This document shows, one piece after another, positions 28,100 to 37,514 of a stretch of 64,000 bases of DNA. Every line of letters starts with the position of its first letter. The stretch's first letter is position 1. The DNA is from an uncultured Collinsella sp. GTDB lineage: Bacteria; Actinomycetota; Coriobacteriia; Coriobacteriales; Coriobacteriaceae. A program made the translations under genes and the position numbers. The DNA lies in NCBI GenBank assembly GCA_900552385.1, contig URZI01000008.1, positions 13,640 to 77,639 of the forward strand, in the 5' to 3' direction. Under the pieces are notes generated by a model. The model made no database searches. It had not been told where the DNA came from and was given only the letters and a program-made list of their open reading frames with translations.

Positions 28100-28433
28100 C
28101 GCGGTGACGGTGGAAGTAAGACCGGGCGGCGTGACCTCCGATGTTTGGCTTCGTCGAAACATCGAGAAGGACGTTGCGGACAACAGCACTGATACCGAAA
28201 AAGCAATCGAGTTTTGGCGAGCGGACGAGCTGCATTTTGTGGCAGTCGGCACGCCGTCAATTGAAGAGGTGACAGCGGCGTTCAACGAGTTATGGGACGC
28301 ACACGAGGGTGACGGGCTTACGGATACCGAGCGCATCGACAGCATCATTGCGCAGCTTAAGCAGACACGCGCTGCTCTTGCGGACACCAACGCTGCCCTG
28401 CTCGAAATCGGCGACATCGTGGGCGGTGAGTAG
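28065..28433 (+). CDS. Hypothetical phage protein
   Basis: RBS gggggag; acidic with C-terminal coiled coil. Confidence 0.65.
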   Translation: MSTMTCSATPLDAVTVEVRPGGVTSDVWLRRNIEKDVADNSTDTEKAIEFWRADELHFVAVGTPSIEEVTAAFNELWDAHEGDGLTDTERIDSIIAQLKQTRAALADTNAALLEIGDIVGGE

Positions 28434-28435
28434 CG

Positions 28436-28552
28436 ATGGCGAAGATCTACTACGAAGCCGTCATGGATGGCAAGCGCACTGTCGAGAGCGTACCCAAGCT
28501 CTGGCGTGCCGCTGTGCAGAAGATGATCGAGGACAATGCAAAGGAGAAATAA
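28436..28552 (+). CDS. CD1375/XkdX-like small protein
   Basis: MAKIYYEAVMDGKRTVESVPKLWRAAVQKMIEDNAKEK. Confidence 0.75.
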   Translation: MAKIYYEAVMDGKRTVESVPKLWRAAVQKMIEDNAKEK

Positions 28553-28968
28553 TGGGAGCTATCTACACGTTCACGGAGCCGCAGGTCTGGGCAATCGGCG
28601 GCGCATTCCTGATGATGCTTTTCGACATGGTTACAGGCATCGCCCAGGCAATTTTCAACTGTAGCTTTAAGTCTTCGACGATGCGTCGCGGCCTATGTCA
28701 TAAGGCCACGCTTTCCCTTATCATCATGCTGGTTATATGTATCGAGATTCTAAGCTCGCATATCGTTGGACTGAATTTCGGTGGCATTACCATCTATGTC
28801 GTTTGCGGCGCAATCATCGGCATGGAGTTCGCTTCTATCCTCGAAAACCTCAAGCAGGCTTATCCAGAGCTTGCCGATACGCCCATCATGAAGATTTTCG
28901 AGCACGCCAACGTTGACACCGATGATATTACGAAGGCGATTGCCGATGAAGTCGCGAAGCGCGGCTAG
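28552..28968 (+). CDS. Holin (phage holin 4/TcdE-like)
   Basis: FDMVTG...FKSSTMRRGLCHK...EFASILENL. Confidence 0.88.
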   Translation: MGAIYTFTEPQVWAIGGAFLMMLFDMVTGIAQAIFNCSFKSSTMRRGLCHKATLSLIIMLVICIEILSSHIVGLNFGGITIYVVCGAIIGMEFASILENLKQAYPELADTPIMKIFEHANVDTDDITKAIADEVAKRG

Positions 28969-28969
28969 A

Positions 28970-29641
28970 ATGCGGATTGCCGTCGCACTGCTGCTGGGCT
29001 TCGCGGTAGGCATGGGCTTATGGTTCGTTTTGACTGCCGACCACGTCGGCAGAGATACGGCAGCATTTGGAAAAGCATATAACCAAGGCTATAGCGATGG
29101 TTATACAGCGGCTTTGCCTGTTTATGAAAAGAAGACGAGTGCGAAGAGCGGCTATATGCCGCTCTTCTTGCAAAAAGACCCTCAATGGGCTGACGTCGCT
29201 TATTCGGATGAAACCATCGGCACGTATGGATGCGGCCTAACGGCTGCGGCGATGGCCTTGAGCTATCTTAACGGTCGCGAGGTAACGCCCGATCTGCTTG
29301 CCGCATTCGTCGGCGAAAGCTGCCTGACAGACCGCGTTAACGACATGGCGAAGTTCAGCGCCTATATGACCAAGAACTACAGCCTGAAATCCCGTGACAC
29401 GTTTTGGGGCACGGACGAAGCCCTCAAGGCCGTCGAAGACGGCTGGATCGTTTTCGCAGGCGTTACCGGAACCCTTGGCGAGCGCTCTTACGGCTCGCAC
29501 GTCGTGATGATTTGGCGCGAGAACACCGACGGTACCTATGCGCTCCGCGACCCTGATGACGGCACCAATTCAATCCATGCATGGACAGCCGACGAGCTTA
29601 ACGCCGTTACTTTCACACAATTCAATGCAATTAAGAGGTGA
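28970..29641 (+). CDS. C39-like cysteine peptidase with N-terminal membrane anchor
   Basis: LFLQKDPQW...GCGLTAAAMALS...SHVVMI...DP. Confidence 0.8.
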   Translation: MRIAVALLLGFAVGMGLWFVLTADHVGRDTAAFGKAYNQGYSDGYTAALPVYEKKTSAKSGYMPLFLQKDPQWADVAYSDETIGTYGCGLTAAAMALSYLNGREVTPDLLAAFVGESCLTDRVNDMAKFSAYMTKNYSLKSRDTFWGTDEALKAVEDGWIVFAGVTGTLGERSYGSHVVMIWRENTDGTYALRDPDDGTNSIHAWTADELNAVTFTQFNAIKR

Positions 29642-29646
29642 TGTAG

Positions 29647-30672
29647 ATGACCATGAAGGGCATCGATATTGCAGACTTTCAAAAAAACCTTAATCTCGAT
29701 TCAATCGAATACGATTTTGTCATCATCAAAGGAACCCAGGGCACCAATTACGTCAATACGTTTTGTGACGCGTTTGTGCAAAAGGCTATCAAGGCGGGTA
29801 AGCTCTGGGGCTTCTACCATTTCATGAATATGGATGATCCTGTCAAGCAAGCGGATCACTTCTACCAGAACTGTAAAAACTATTTCGGCAAGGGTATTCC
29901 CGTGCTCGATTATGAGGACGGCGGCAGAATCGGCACGGACGGTGCCAAGAAATTCCTTGATCGCATCTATGCGCTTACTGGCGTGAGGTGTCTCTTGTAT
30001 ACCTACCGCAATCTCACCAAAGAGGAAGATTGGTCTAAGATTGCGCCCAACCACGCCCTCTGGGTTGCCCAGTATGCCAACGAGAATCAGACTGGGTACC
30101 AGGATTCGCCATGGCTTCCTGATGGCGGTTTTGGTGCTTGGAATACCTGCGTGATGCACCAGTATTCTTCGCACGGTAGGTTATCTGGGTACAACGGCAA
30201 CCTCGATCTTGACATTGCCTTCATGGACGCTGCCGCCTGGTCGCGTTATGCGAAGCCCGGCACCTACAATGCGCCGGCTGCGACTGACAATGAGCACGGT
30301 GGCAGCACCGCCGACCTTGCGGCAGACGTAATGCGAGGGAAGTACGGCAACGGTGACGAGCGCAAGGCCAAGCTTGGTGCTCGATTCAACGAGGTGCAAG
30401 ACCTAATCAATCGCACGGCCACCGCAAGCGCCGACAATCTTGCAACGGATGTGCTCAACGGCAATCTTGGCAACGGTGAGACGCGCAAAGTAATTCTTGG
30501 CACCCGCTATGACGAGGTGCAAGCCGTGGTCAATTCCCGCGTCAACGCCGTAGACATCGACGCTCTTGCACGCGCCGTCATTCGTGGCGAGTACGGCAAC
30601 GGTGACGAGCGCAAGGCCAGACTTGGCGCTAACTTCGATGCCGTGCAAAAACGAGTAAACGAACTTCTTTAG
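29647..30672 (+). CDS. Endolysin: GH25 lysozyme plus three CW_7 (Cpl-7) repeats
   Basis: GIDIADFQ, GFYHF, LDYE, LDLD; three V.RG.YGNG.ERK..LG-type repeats. Confidence 0.93.
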   Translation: MTMKGIDIADFQKNLNLDSIEYDFVIIKGTQGTNYVNTFCDAFVQKAIKAGKLWGFYHFMNMDDPVKQADHFYQNCKNYFGKGIPVLDYEDGGRIGTDGAKKFLDRIYALTGVRCLLYTYRNLTKEEDWSKIAPNHALWVAQYANENQTGYQDSPWLPDGGFGAWNTCVMHQYSSHGRLSGYNGNLDLDIAFMDAAAWSRYAKPGTYNAPAATDNEHGGSTADLAADVMRGKYGNGDERKAKLGARFNEVQDLINRTATASADNLATDVLNGNLGNGETRKVILGTRYDEVQAVVNSRVNAVDIDALARAVIRGEYGNGDERKARLGANFDAVQKRVNELL

Positions 30673-30686
30673 TAGCTTATAGAAAT

Positions 30687-30719
30687 GCCCACACCCTGTA
30701 ATGGGGTGTGGGCTATTTT
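30687..30719. terminator. Rho-independent terminator after lysin
   Basis: gcccacaccc-tgtaat-ggggtgtgggc followed by tatttt. Confidence 0.7.
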
Positions 30720-30745
30720 CGTTTAAATGGCATTGCGACAAGTCT

Positions 30746-30922
30746 CTAACGGATCATGTCCTCTCGAATCAAGCTCTTGATGTACTCGGTTGTATTGTCT
30801 TGCTCCTTGAGCCATTTATATATACTCTCGTCATCCTCGTTGGGGTAAAAACGTATGACGAGCTGTTTCACCGACCTTTTGCGATAGGAAGATGTTGCGC
30901 GTCTTTGCGCTTCAGTTGCCAT
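30746..30922 (-). CDS. Small ribbon-helix-helix-like protein
   Basis: MATEAQRRATSSYRKRSVKQLVIRFYP...YIKSLIREDM. Confidence 0.7.
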   Translation of the reverse strand: MATEAQRRATSSYRKRSVKQLVIRFYPNEDDESIYKWLKEQDNTTEYIKSLIREDMIR

Positions 30923-30923
30923 T

Positions 30924-31007
30924 TTATTCACCGCGCTTTTCTCTGGCCTTGCGCCAGATGCGAAACGAGATAAACGAGATGACAAAAACTACAATGCCTG
31001 TTTTCAT
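30924..31007 (-). CDS. 27-aa membrane micropeptide
   Basis: MKTGIVVFVISFISFRIWRKAREKRGE; RBS caggag. Confidence 0.55.
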   Translation of the reverse strand: MKTGIVVFVISFISFRIWRKAREKRGE

Positions 31008-31071
31008 CGTTGAGCTCCTGTTGTAAGATGATTTTGGCTAGTGGGGCACCGCCGAAGCAGCGCCCCTTGCC

Positions 31072-31206
31072 CTATCTAGACCTCTTAGCGTGCTTTCCCG
31101 GCTTGCGAGAGGTCTTTTTCTTTAGGGCTTCGATTCCTTCATCTAGCGCTTTTGCAAGTAGCACGCCGATGACAGCAACCGTTAAGTCCCATATTTTGTC
31201 ATCCAT
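31072..31206 (-). CDS. 44-aa micropeptide (hydrophobic core, basic tail)
   Basis: MDDKIWDLTVAVIGVLLAKALDEGIEALKKKTSRKPGKHAKRSR; RBS gggaggtgg. Confidence 0.6.
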   Translation of the reverse strand: MDDKIWDLTVAVIGVLLAKALDEGIEALKKKTSRKPGKHAKRSR

Positions 31207-31238
31207 TTGAACCACCTCCCTTCTTGCTTACGTCTATT

Positions 31239-31267
31239 ATTATAAGGTATACCCCATAGTAAAGCAA
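31239..31267 (-). promoter_or_regulatory. Promoter of right-end moron
   Basis: TTGCTT-17 nt-TATAAT on the minus strand; spacer contains the gtatac palindrome. Confidence 0.65.
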
Positions 31268-31389
31268 GCTCATATTGAATTTTGCTAACTTTTTTTCGAG
31301 CTAAACAGTGTTATTATGCAAAACCAGTTAGTGGAGACTTTGATTTCGCGTCCGTTCGCGGCTATCGTAGGGTTCGCAAAGATTTTCTG

Positions 31390-31400
31390 AGGCTCCACCA
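31390..31400 (+). other. Candidate attR: tRNA(Ala)/tmRNA-like 3' end
   Basis: aggctccacca immediately followed by a terminator, at the phage/host boundary. Confidence 0.55.
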
Positions 31401-31408
31401 GAAGTAAC

Positions 31409-31446
31409 AGGCAGGTAGATATTCGTATCTACCTGCCTTTTTATTT
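31409..31446 (+). terminator. Rho-independent terminator
   Basis: aggcaggtagata-ttcg-tatctacctgcct followed by a T tract. Confidence 0.8.
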
Positions 31447-31710
31447 CTAGTCCGCACCGCGGAGAATCGAACTCTGTGCAGGGCGTGAGCGTTTTTAGCC
31501 CGCGGGTGAGGACGCCGGCAGGCGGCCGAAGCCGGTGCGGATTTGCGAAGCAAATACGCGGATTCTCCGCGCAATGCCCCAGCTAGATATAGATGCGATG
31601 CCGATCGGGCGTCTTGCCCCGGCCTCAACCCATCAACGGATTCCCCAAACCGCGGAGAATCGAACTCTATGCAGGGCGCGGCCGTAAAGAAAACGCCTTG
31701 GCAACGCAGA

Positions 31711-32036
31711 CCGGGACACGCTTTCCCAATGGCGGCCCAGGCGGAAAGTCCATCCCGGAATCCGCGCTCAGACTGGGATGTAGTTTCCGGATGATGCCTC
31801 AAGCGGAAACTGCGACCCGGAATCGAGCCGTAGAGTGGGATATGCTTTCCCAATGGCAGCTCAAGCGGAAAGTACATCCCGGAATCCTCGTTCGGAATGG
31901 GATGCAGTTTCCAAATGAATGGCTAGCGGAAAGTTCATCCCGGAATCCGCGCTCAGAACGGGACGCGCTTTCCCAGCGGCGGTCCAAGCGGAAAGCGCAT
32001 CCCGGAATCTCGCCTCAAACTGGGACACACTTTCCG
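31711..32036. repeat. ~62-bp degenerate palindromic tandem repeat, about 5.5 copies
   Basis: cccggaat recurs at 31754, 31816, 31878, 31939, 32001; each unit is ggga-n5-tttcc...ggaaa-n5-(t/a)ccc. Confidence 0.85.
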
Positions 32037-32122
32037 CTTCACTTGCCGCCTCAAAAAACCTGCGCTCTCGCCATCCCAAAACTGGGTAGAAGAAGGCCAA
32101 AACGCAATCGCAGGAGGTCAAT

Positions 32123-33001
32123 ATGACTGCAGAAGATAAGGCAAAGAATGCCGGCAAGGTCGCGCTCGTCCTGGAGGGCGGTAGTTTTCGCGGGCAGTTT
32201 ACCGCGGGCGTGCTCGACGTTCTCATGGAGGCTGGCGTCGAGATTCCGGCTGTCTACGGTGTATCGGCCGGCGCCCTCAACGGCGTGAACTACAAGTCGC
32301 ACCAGATCGGTCGTGCCAACCGCATCAACCTGGCTTTCTGCAACGACAGCCGCTTCATGGGCGCCGCATCGTTTGCGTCCACGGGCTCTATTGTGGGTTA
32401 CGACTTTATCTTCAATGATGTCCAGGACTGCCTGGATCCCTTTGACAACGAGACGTTCGACGCGAGCCCCATCGAGATGTACGCCGTTGCGACGGACATG
32501 CTCTTTGGAACCGCTGCCTACCTGCCGGTCAAAAGCGCCGTACTTGACCTCGATGCCGTGCGCGCCTCGACGTCGCTGCCGCTGGTGACGCCGTCAGTCG
32601 AGATCGACGGGCACAAATACGTCGACGGCGGCGTGGCCGATTCGGTCCCTATCGAGCATGTGCTCGAGGAGGCGGGCTTCGACCGTGCGGTCGTCATCGT
32701 CACGCAGGACCGTTCGTATGAGAAAAAGCCCTACGAGTTTTTGCCGGCCGCGCGTGCGCGTTATGCCGACTACCCCTATCTGCTCGAGGCTATCGAGACG
32801 CGCCACGACCGTTACAACATTCAGCGCATGCACCTGTGGAAGTATGAGCGCGAGGGCCGTGCGTTGGTCGTCGCTCCGCAAAAGCCGGTCGAGGTCGGCC
32901 ATGTCGAGCACGATTCGGCAAAGCTTCTGGACCTGTATATCCAGGGCCGTCAGGAGGCAAAGCGCCTGCTCGCGGAAATCCAAGAGTTCGTTGAGCGCTA
33001 G
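32123..33001 (+). CDS. Patatin-like phospholipase
   Basis: LEGGSFRG, GVSAG, DGG motifs. Confidence 0.9.
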   Translation: MTAEDKAKNAGKVALVLEGGSFRGQFTAGVLDVLMEAGVEIPAVYGVSAGALNGVNYKSHQIGRANRINLAFCNDSRFMGAASFASTGSIVGYDFIFNDVQDCLDPFDNETFDASPIEMYAVATDMLFGTAAYLPVKSAVLDLDAVRASTSLPLVTPSVEIDGHKYVDGGVADSVPIEHVLEEAGFDRAVVIVTQDRSYEKKPYEFLPAARARYADYPYLLEAIETRHDRYNIQRMHLWKYEREGRALVVAPQKPVEVGHVEHDSAKLLDLYIQGRQEAKRLLAEIQEFVER

Positions 33002-33194
33002 CGACGGCGAACCCTCAAAAAATGACAACAGCTAAAGAGCTGGAAAATCACGGCTCGTGGATGACATGTGCAGAAACTCTGGTCGGAGCCAAAATACCTG
33101 TTGACTCGTACGGCGAGCGGGGTAATATGGACGGGTTACTTGCAGAGCCCCGTGAATCTCTGTAACAACACGTACTGTACATGGAGGAGTCTAA

Positions 33195-33638
33195 GTGATT
33201 TCGAAATCGACTCACTACGCCAAGCAGGGCGAGGTCCAGCGCAACTGGGTTCTCGTCGACGCCGATGGTGCTGTCCTGGGCCGTCTTGCCACCCAGATCG
33301 CAATGATCCTGCGCGGTAAGAACAAGCCCCAGTTCACGCCCAACAGCGACTGCGGCGACTTCGTTGTCGTCATCAACGCCGATAAGGTCCAGCTTACCGG
33401 TAACAAGGCCGACACGAAGACCTATTATCGCCACAGCGGCTACAACGGCGGCCTCAAGGCTGAGAGCTTCCGCCAGGCTATGGAGAAGCACCCGGAGAAG
33501 GTCATCGAGCGCGCCGTTCGCGGTATGCTGCCCAAGACCACCCTCGGCCGTGCCCAGATGACCAAGCTTAAGGTCTACGCTGGTGCCGAGCATCCGCATG
33601 CTGCCCAGAACCCCACGAAGATTGAGCTGGAGGCTTAA
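33195..33638 (+). CDS. rplM: 50S ribosomal protein L13
   Basis: WVLVDA...LGRLAT...GKNKP.FTP..DCGD. Confidence 0.98.
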   Translation: MISKSTHYAKQGEVQRNWVLVDADGAVLGRLATQIAMILRGKNKPQFTPNSDCGDFVVVINADKVQLTGNKADTKTYYRHSGYNGGLKAESFRQAMEKHPEKVIERAVRGMLPKTTLGRAQMTKLKVYAGAEHPHAAQNPTKIELEA

Positions 33639-33640
33639 AG

Positions 33641-34036
<396 letters not shown>

Positions 34037-34067
34037 GGTTTTATCTCCTTTCGAGATACAATGTACA

Positions 34068-34110
34068 AGCGGGGCCTGCCGATTCCTCGGCGGGTCCCGC
34101 TTTTCTTTTT
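34068..34110 (+). terminator. Terminator after rpsI
   Basis: gcggggcctgccg...cggcgggtcccgc followed by ttttctttt. Confidence 0.75.
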
Positions 34111-34159
34111 CGACTAGGGTGGGCGGTTGTATATCGCCTGCTAGGGAAGGAGCAATCCT

Positions 34160-35497
34160 ATGCCCCAGAACATCTTCGGTACCGATGGCGTCCGTGGCGT
34201 CGCCAATGCCGACCTCTCGTGCGACCTCGCGTTTCGCCTGGGCCGCGCGGCGACCAAGTTTCTTGGTCCGGATATCTGCATCGGCCGCGACACGCGTCTT
34301 TCGGGCACCATGCTCGAGAGCGCTCTGACCGCCGGCATCATGGCCGAGGGTGGCCGCCCGCATTGCTGCGGCGTTATTCCCACGCCCGCCGTGGCGCTGC
34401 TCACTGTTCAAAACGAGCTCGATGGCGGCATTGTCATCTCCGCTTCGCACAATCCGCCGGAGTTCAACGGCATCAAGTTCTTTAGCCGCAAGGGTATGAA
34501 GCTTCCCGATGCTGTCGAGGAAGAGATCAGCGCCTGGGTCATGTCCGAGGAAGCCATGGCTGCCGACACGCTGCCGACCGGTGCCGACGTGGGCCACATC
34601 ATCAAGATGAAGGACGCCCGCAAGGCATATGTCGACCATGCCATCGATACGCTTGATGGCCTGAGGCTCGACGGCCTGGTCGTTGCCGTCGACTGCGGCC
34701 ACGGTGCCTCCTGCCAGACTACGCCCGCCGCGCTGCAGCGCTTGGGTGCCACGGTGCACGCCATCAACACCGATTATTGCGGCACCGACATTAATGTTGA
34801 GTGCGGCTCTACGCACCTCGAGCCCCTTCGCGAGCTCGTGCTGCGCACCCATGCTGATATCGGCCTGGCCCACGACGGCGACGCCGACCGCGTACTGTTC
34901 GTGGACAGCGAGGGCAATGAGATCGACGGTGACTACATCCTGGCTATCTGCGGTTCTGACCTCGCCGCTCGCGGCAAGCTCGCCAACTCCGAGATCGTCT
35001 CGACCGTCATGTGCAACCTGGGCTTCTCCATCGCTATGAAGGAGCAGGGCTTCGAGATGGTTCAGACCGCCGTGGGCGACCGCTACGTTCTGGAGCGCAT
35101 GCTCGCGGACGGCGCCGTCATCGGCGGCGAACAGTCCGGCCACATCATCTTTCTGGAGCACAACACCACCGGTGACGGCCTGGTGACGGCTCTGCAGCTT
35201 CTGGCCGTGCTCAAGCGCACCGGTCGTACCCTCACCGATCTTGCCGGCATCATGAAGAAGTACCCGCAGGTACTCGTTAACGTGCATTCCGACAACAAGG
35301 CCGGTCTGGACGATTGCCAGCCCATCTGGGATGCCGTCGCTGCTGCCGAGAAGGAGCTTGACGGTCGCGGCCGCATTCTGGTGCGTCCGAGTGGCACCGA
35401 GCCGCTGGTCCGCGTGATGGCCGAGGCCGAGACGCACGAGCTGACCCAGCGCGTTGTCGACGACATCGTCGAGGTTGTCAAGCGCGAACTTCCCTAA
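34160..35497 (+). CDS. glmM: Phosphoglucosamine mutase
   Basis: FGTDGVRG, ISASHNP, DGDADR, GEQSGH, RPSGTEP. Confidence 0.95.
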   Translation: MPQNIFGTDGVRGVANADLSCDLAFRLGRAATKFLGPDICIGRDTRLSGTMLESALTAGIMAEGGRPHCCGVIPTPAVALLTVQNELDGGIVISASHNPPEFNGIKFFSRKGMKLPDAVEEEISAWVMSEEAMAADTLPTGADVGHIIKMKDARKAYVDHAIDTLDGLRLDGLVVAVDCGHGASCQTTPAALQRLGATVHAINTDYCGTDINVECGSTHLEPLRELVLRTHADIGLAHDGDADRVLFVDSEGNEIDGDYILAICGSDLAARGKLANSEIVSTVMCNLGFSIAMKEQGFEMVQTAVGDRYVLERMLADGAVIGGEQSGHIIFLEHNTTGDGLVTALQLLAVLKRTGRTLTDLAGIMKKYPQVLVNVHSDNKAGLDDCQPIWDAVAAAEKELDGRGRILVRPSGTEPLVRVMAEAETHELTQRVVDDIVEVVKRELP

Positions 35498-35568
35498 TGG
35501 TCAAAAACGGGTGCCAAGTGGTAAACTGTTAAGGTTATTTTGATTGATTGGTATGTCCGAGGGGGAGC

Positions 35569-36066
35569 ATGTTCACTAAAGTCCTAAGGTCTTTGGGTAT
35601 GCGTGGTCGAGTCCTTACGCTGGATGCTCCCATCTCGGGCGACGTCATTCCACTTTCCGAGGTAAACGACCAGACGTTTGCTACCGGCCTTTTGGGCCAG
35701 GGCGTGGCGATTCAGCCCACCGGAACGCGTGTGATTGCACCGGCTGATGCCAAGGTCGAGGCCATTTTTCCCACGGGACACGCCGTTGCGCTTAACACGG
35801 TCGATGGCCTGGACGTGCTCATCCACGTTGGTTTGGACACTGTTCAGCTCGAGGGCAAGCACTTTACCGTACATGCGCAAGTGGGTGACATCGTCCATAA
35901 GGGCGATGTACTCATTGAGTTCGATCGCGAGGCAATTGCTGCCGAGGGCTACGATGTGACGGTTCCCATCTTGGTGTGCAACTCCGTTGAGTTCTCGAGC
36001 ATCAAGGGCTCCGTTGGCGTGCATGTCGAAGAGATGGACCAGCTTATCGTTGCTCGCGAGCGCTAG
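35569..36066 (+). CDS. PTS glucose-family EIIA component
   Basis: DQTFA..LGQG, FPTGHA, LIHVGLDTV. Confidence 0.9.
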   Translation: MFTKVLRSLGMRGRVLTLDAPISGDVIPLSEVNDQTFATGLLGQGVAIQPTGTRVIAPADAKVEAIFPTGHAVALNTVDGLDVLIHVGLDTVQLEGKHFTVHAQVGDIVHKGDVLIEFDREAIAAEGYDVTVPILVCNSVEFSSIKGSVGVHVEEMDQLIVARER

Positions 36067-36337
36067 CAAGTGCACGTGGCCATTAGCCTACAATTCAAAC
36101 ACGTTTACGGAGGGCGCCCTTGAAAGAGGACGCCCTCCGTGGCAAGATGGGATTTGTCCGAAGCTAAAAGGCTTTGGGTCACCGTGGACGGGCAGGGGCC
36201 TCGACGCGGCTAGACACGAGACACATACATTACGCGACCTCGCCCTGGTGGCCGCACACGTTGGTTGCGGCCGACGCGGGCCGCGGGCAAGTGCTTGTAA
36301 GGGAGCCTTGCCTCTCTTGTACGAGAAAGGACGCGTA

Positions 36338-37066
36338 ATGAAGATCATTAAAGCTAAAGACTACGAGGATATGAGCCGCAAGGCCGCTAATATCATCTCG
36401 GCCCAGGTTATCCTCAAGCCCGACTGTGTGCTGGGCCTTGCCACCGGCTCCACCCCGATCGGTGCCTACAAGCAGCTCGCTGCTTGGTACAAGAAGGGCG
36501 ACGTCGACTTTGCCGAGGTCAGCACCTACAACCTGGACGAGTATCGCGGCCTTTCGCACGACGATCCCCAGAGCTATCACTACTTCATGCGTGAGAACTT
36601 CTTCGATCACATCAACATCGACCTTAACAACACGCATGTGCCCGATGGCTCCAACCCCGACGCCGCCGCTGCCTGCTCTGAGTACGACAAGATTGTCGCC
36701 GAGGCCGGTTACCCGGATCTGCAGCTGCTCGGTATTGGCAACAACGGCCACATCGGCTTCAACGAGCCCGATGACCACTTCTCCAAGGGCACGCACTGCG
36801 TCGACCTCACCGAGAGCACCATTCAGGCCAACAGCCGCCTGTTCGACAGCATCGACGATGTTCCCCGTCAGGCCTACACCATGGGTACCCAGACCATCAT
36901 GTATGCCCGTATGATCCTGGTTGTCGCCAACGGCGAGGCCAAGGCTCAGGCCGTGCATGACATGTGCTATGGTCCGGTTACGCCCGAGTGCCCGGCTTCG
37001 ATCCTGCAGCTGCACACCAACTGCGTTGTCGTTGCCGATGAGGCCGCCCTTTCGCTCTGCGAGTAG
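36338..37066 (+). CDS. nagB: Glucosamine-6-phosphate deaminase
   Basis: LGLATGSTP, NLDEY, GIGNNGHIGFNEP; RBS aaagga. Confidence 0.95.
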   Translation: MKIIKAKDYEDMSRKAANIISAQVILKPDCVLGLATGSTPIGAYKQLAAWYKKGDVDFAEVSTYNLDEYRGLSHDDPQSYHYFMRENFFDHINIDLNNTHVPDGSNPDAAAACSEYDKIVAEAGYPDLQLLGIGNNGHIGFNEPDDHFSKGTHCVDLTESTIQANSRLFDSIDDVPRQAYTMGTQTIMYARMILVVANGEAKAQAVHDMCYGPVTPECPASILQLHTNCVVVADEAALSLCE

Positions 37067-37098
37067 CGCGAATCCTGCAGCTCGACATAGCCTTGCCT

Positions 37099-37126
37099 AA
37101 GGCCTCCGCTTTGCGGGGGCCTTTTT
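37099..37126 (+). terminator. Terminator after nagB
   Basis: aaggcctccgc-ttt-gcgggggcctttt. Confidence 0.7.
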
Positions 37127-37514
37127 GCTATCCCTTTTTACCCACTTGACCAAAATCTTGCCGCAAGCTTGACGAATGCCGGATGCCCAACAGCTTGATT
37201 CATTCCATACCAGATTCTATGCAAAAATGCCACTAGAAGGTCGTAGACGGTAGCGGGTGCTAGGCGAGTTGAATGACATGGCTGAACCTTGTTCATCTGC
37301 GTTACACTGCCGCTTAGATGGGACAAGCTGACAAGCTCATTTACCTGCTTAAAGACCGATTAGTCGGGGGATTAATAACAATCGGCCCTCGCTGTACAAA
37401 AACTTGCCGCTTGCGTACCAAAAGACAACCTAAAACACAAGGTCGCTCTATTCATAGCGCGGCTTGTATGGTCTTGCGGCTACAGTGTCCATACGGTCGA
37501 GTTGAGGAGCGGGC

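Larger units (their letters stand above)
1..31400. mobile_element. Temperate siphovirus-like prophage (left end outside window)
   Basis: Canonical gene order: integrase, repressor/cro, replication, packaging, head, tail, lysis. Host housekeeping genes begin after ~32,100. Confidence 0.95.

Noticed and set aside
31360..31400. Complete tRNA gene
   Set aside because: Only the terminal ~11 nt are tRNA-like, and no cloverleaf can be folded.
31711..32036. CRISPR array
   Set aside because: Units are degenerate along their whole length with no identical repeat/unique spacer alternation, and no cas genes are in the window.
31362..32302. ORFs spanning the repeat region
   Set aside because: They arise from GC-rich repeats in several frames on both strands. 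The 62-bp period is not a multiple of 3.
36067..36337. glmS ribozyme
   Set aside because: Conserved core motifs were not found, and the downstream gene is nagB.
35987..36337. N-terminal extensions in the ORF track (nagB; also holin from 28309, mIHF from 7169, integrase from 5892)
   Set aside because: Better RBS-supported or coupled starts lie downstream, and the extensions overlap other genes or non-coding structure.
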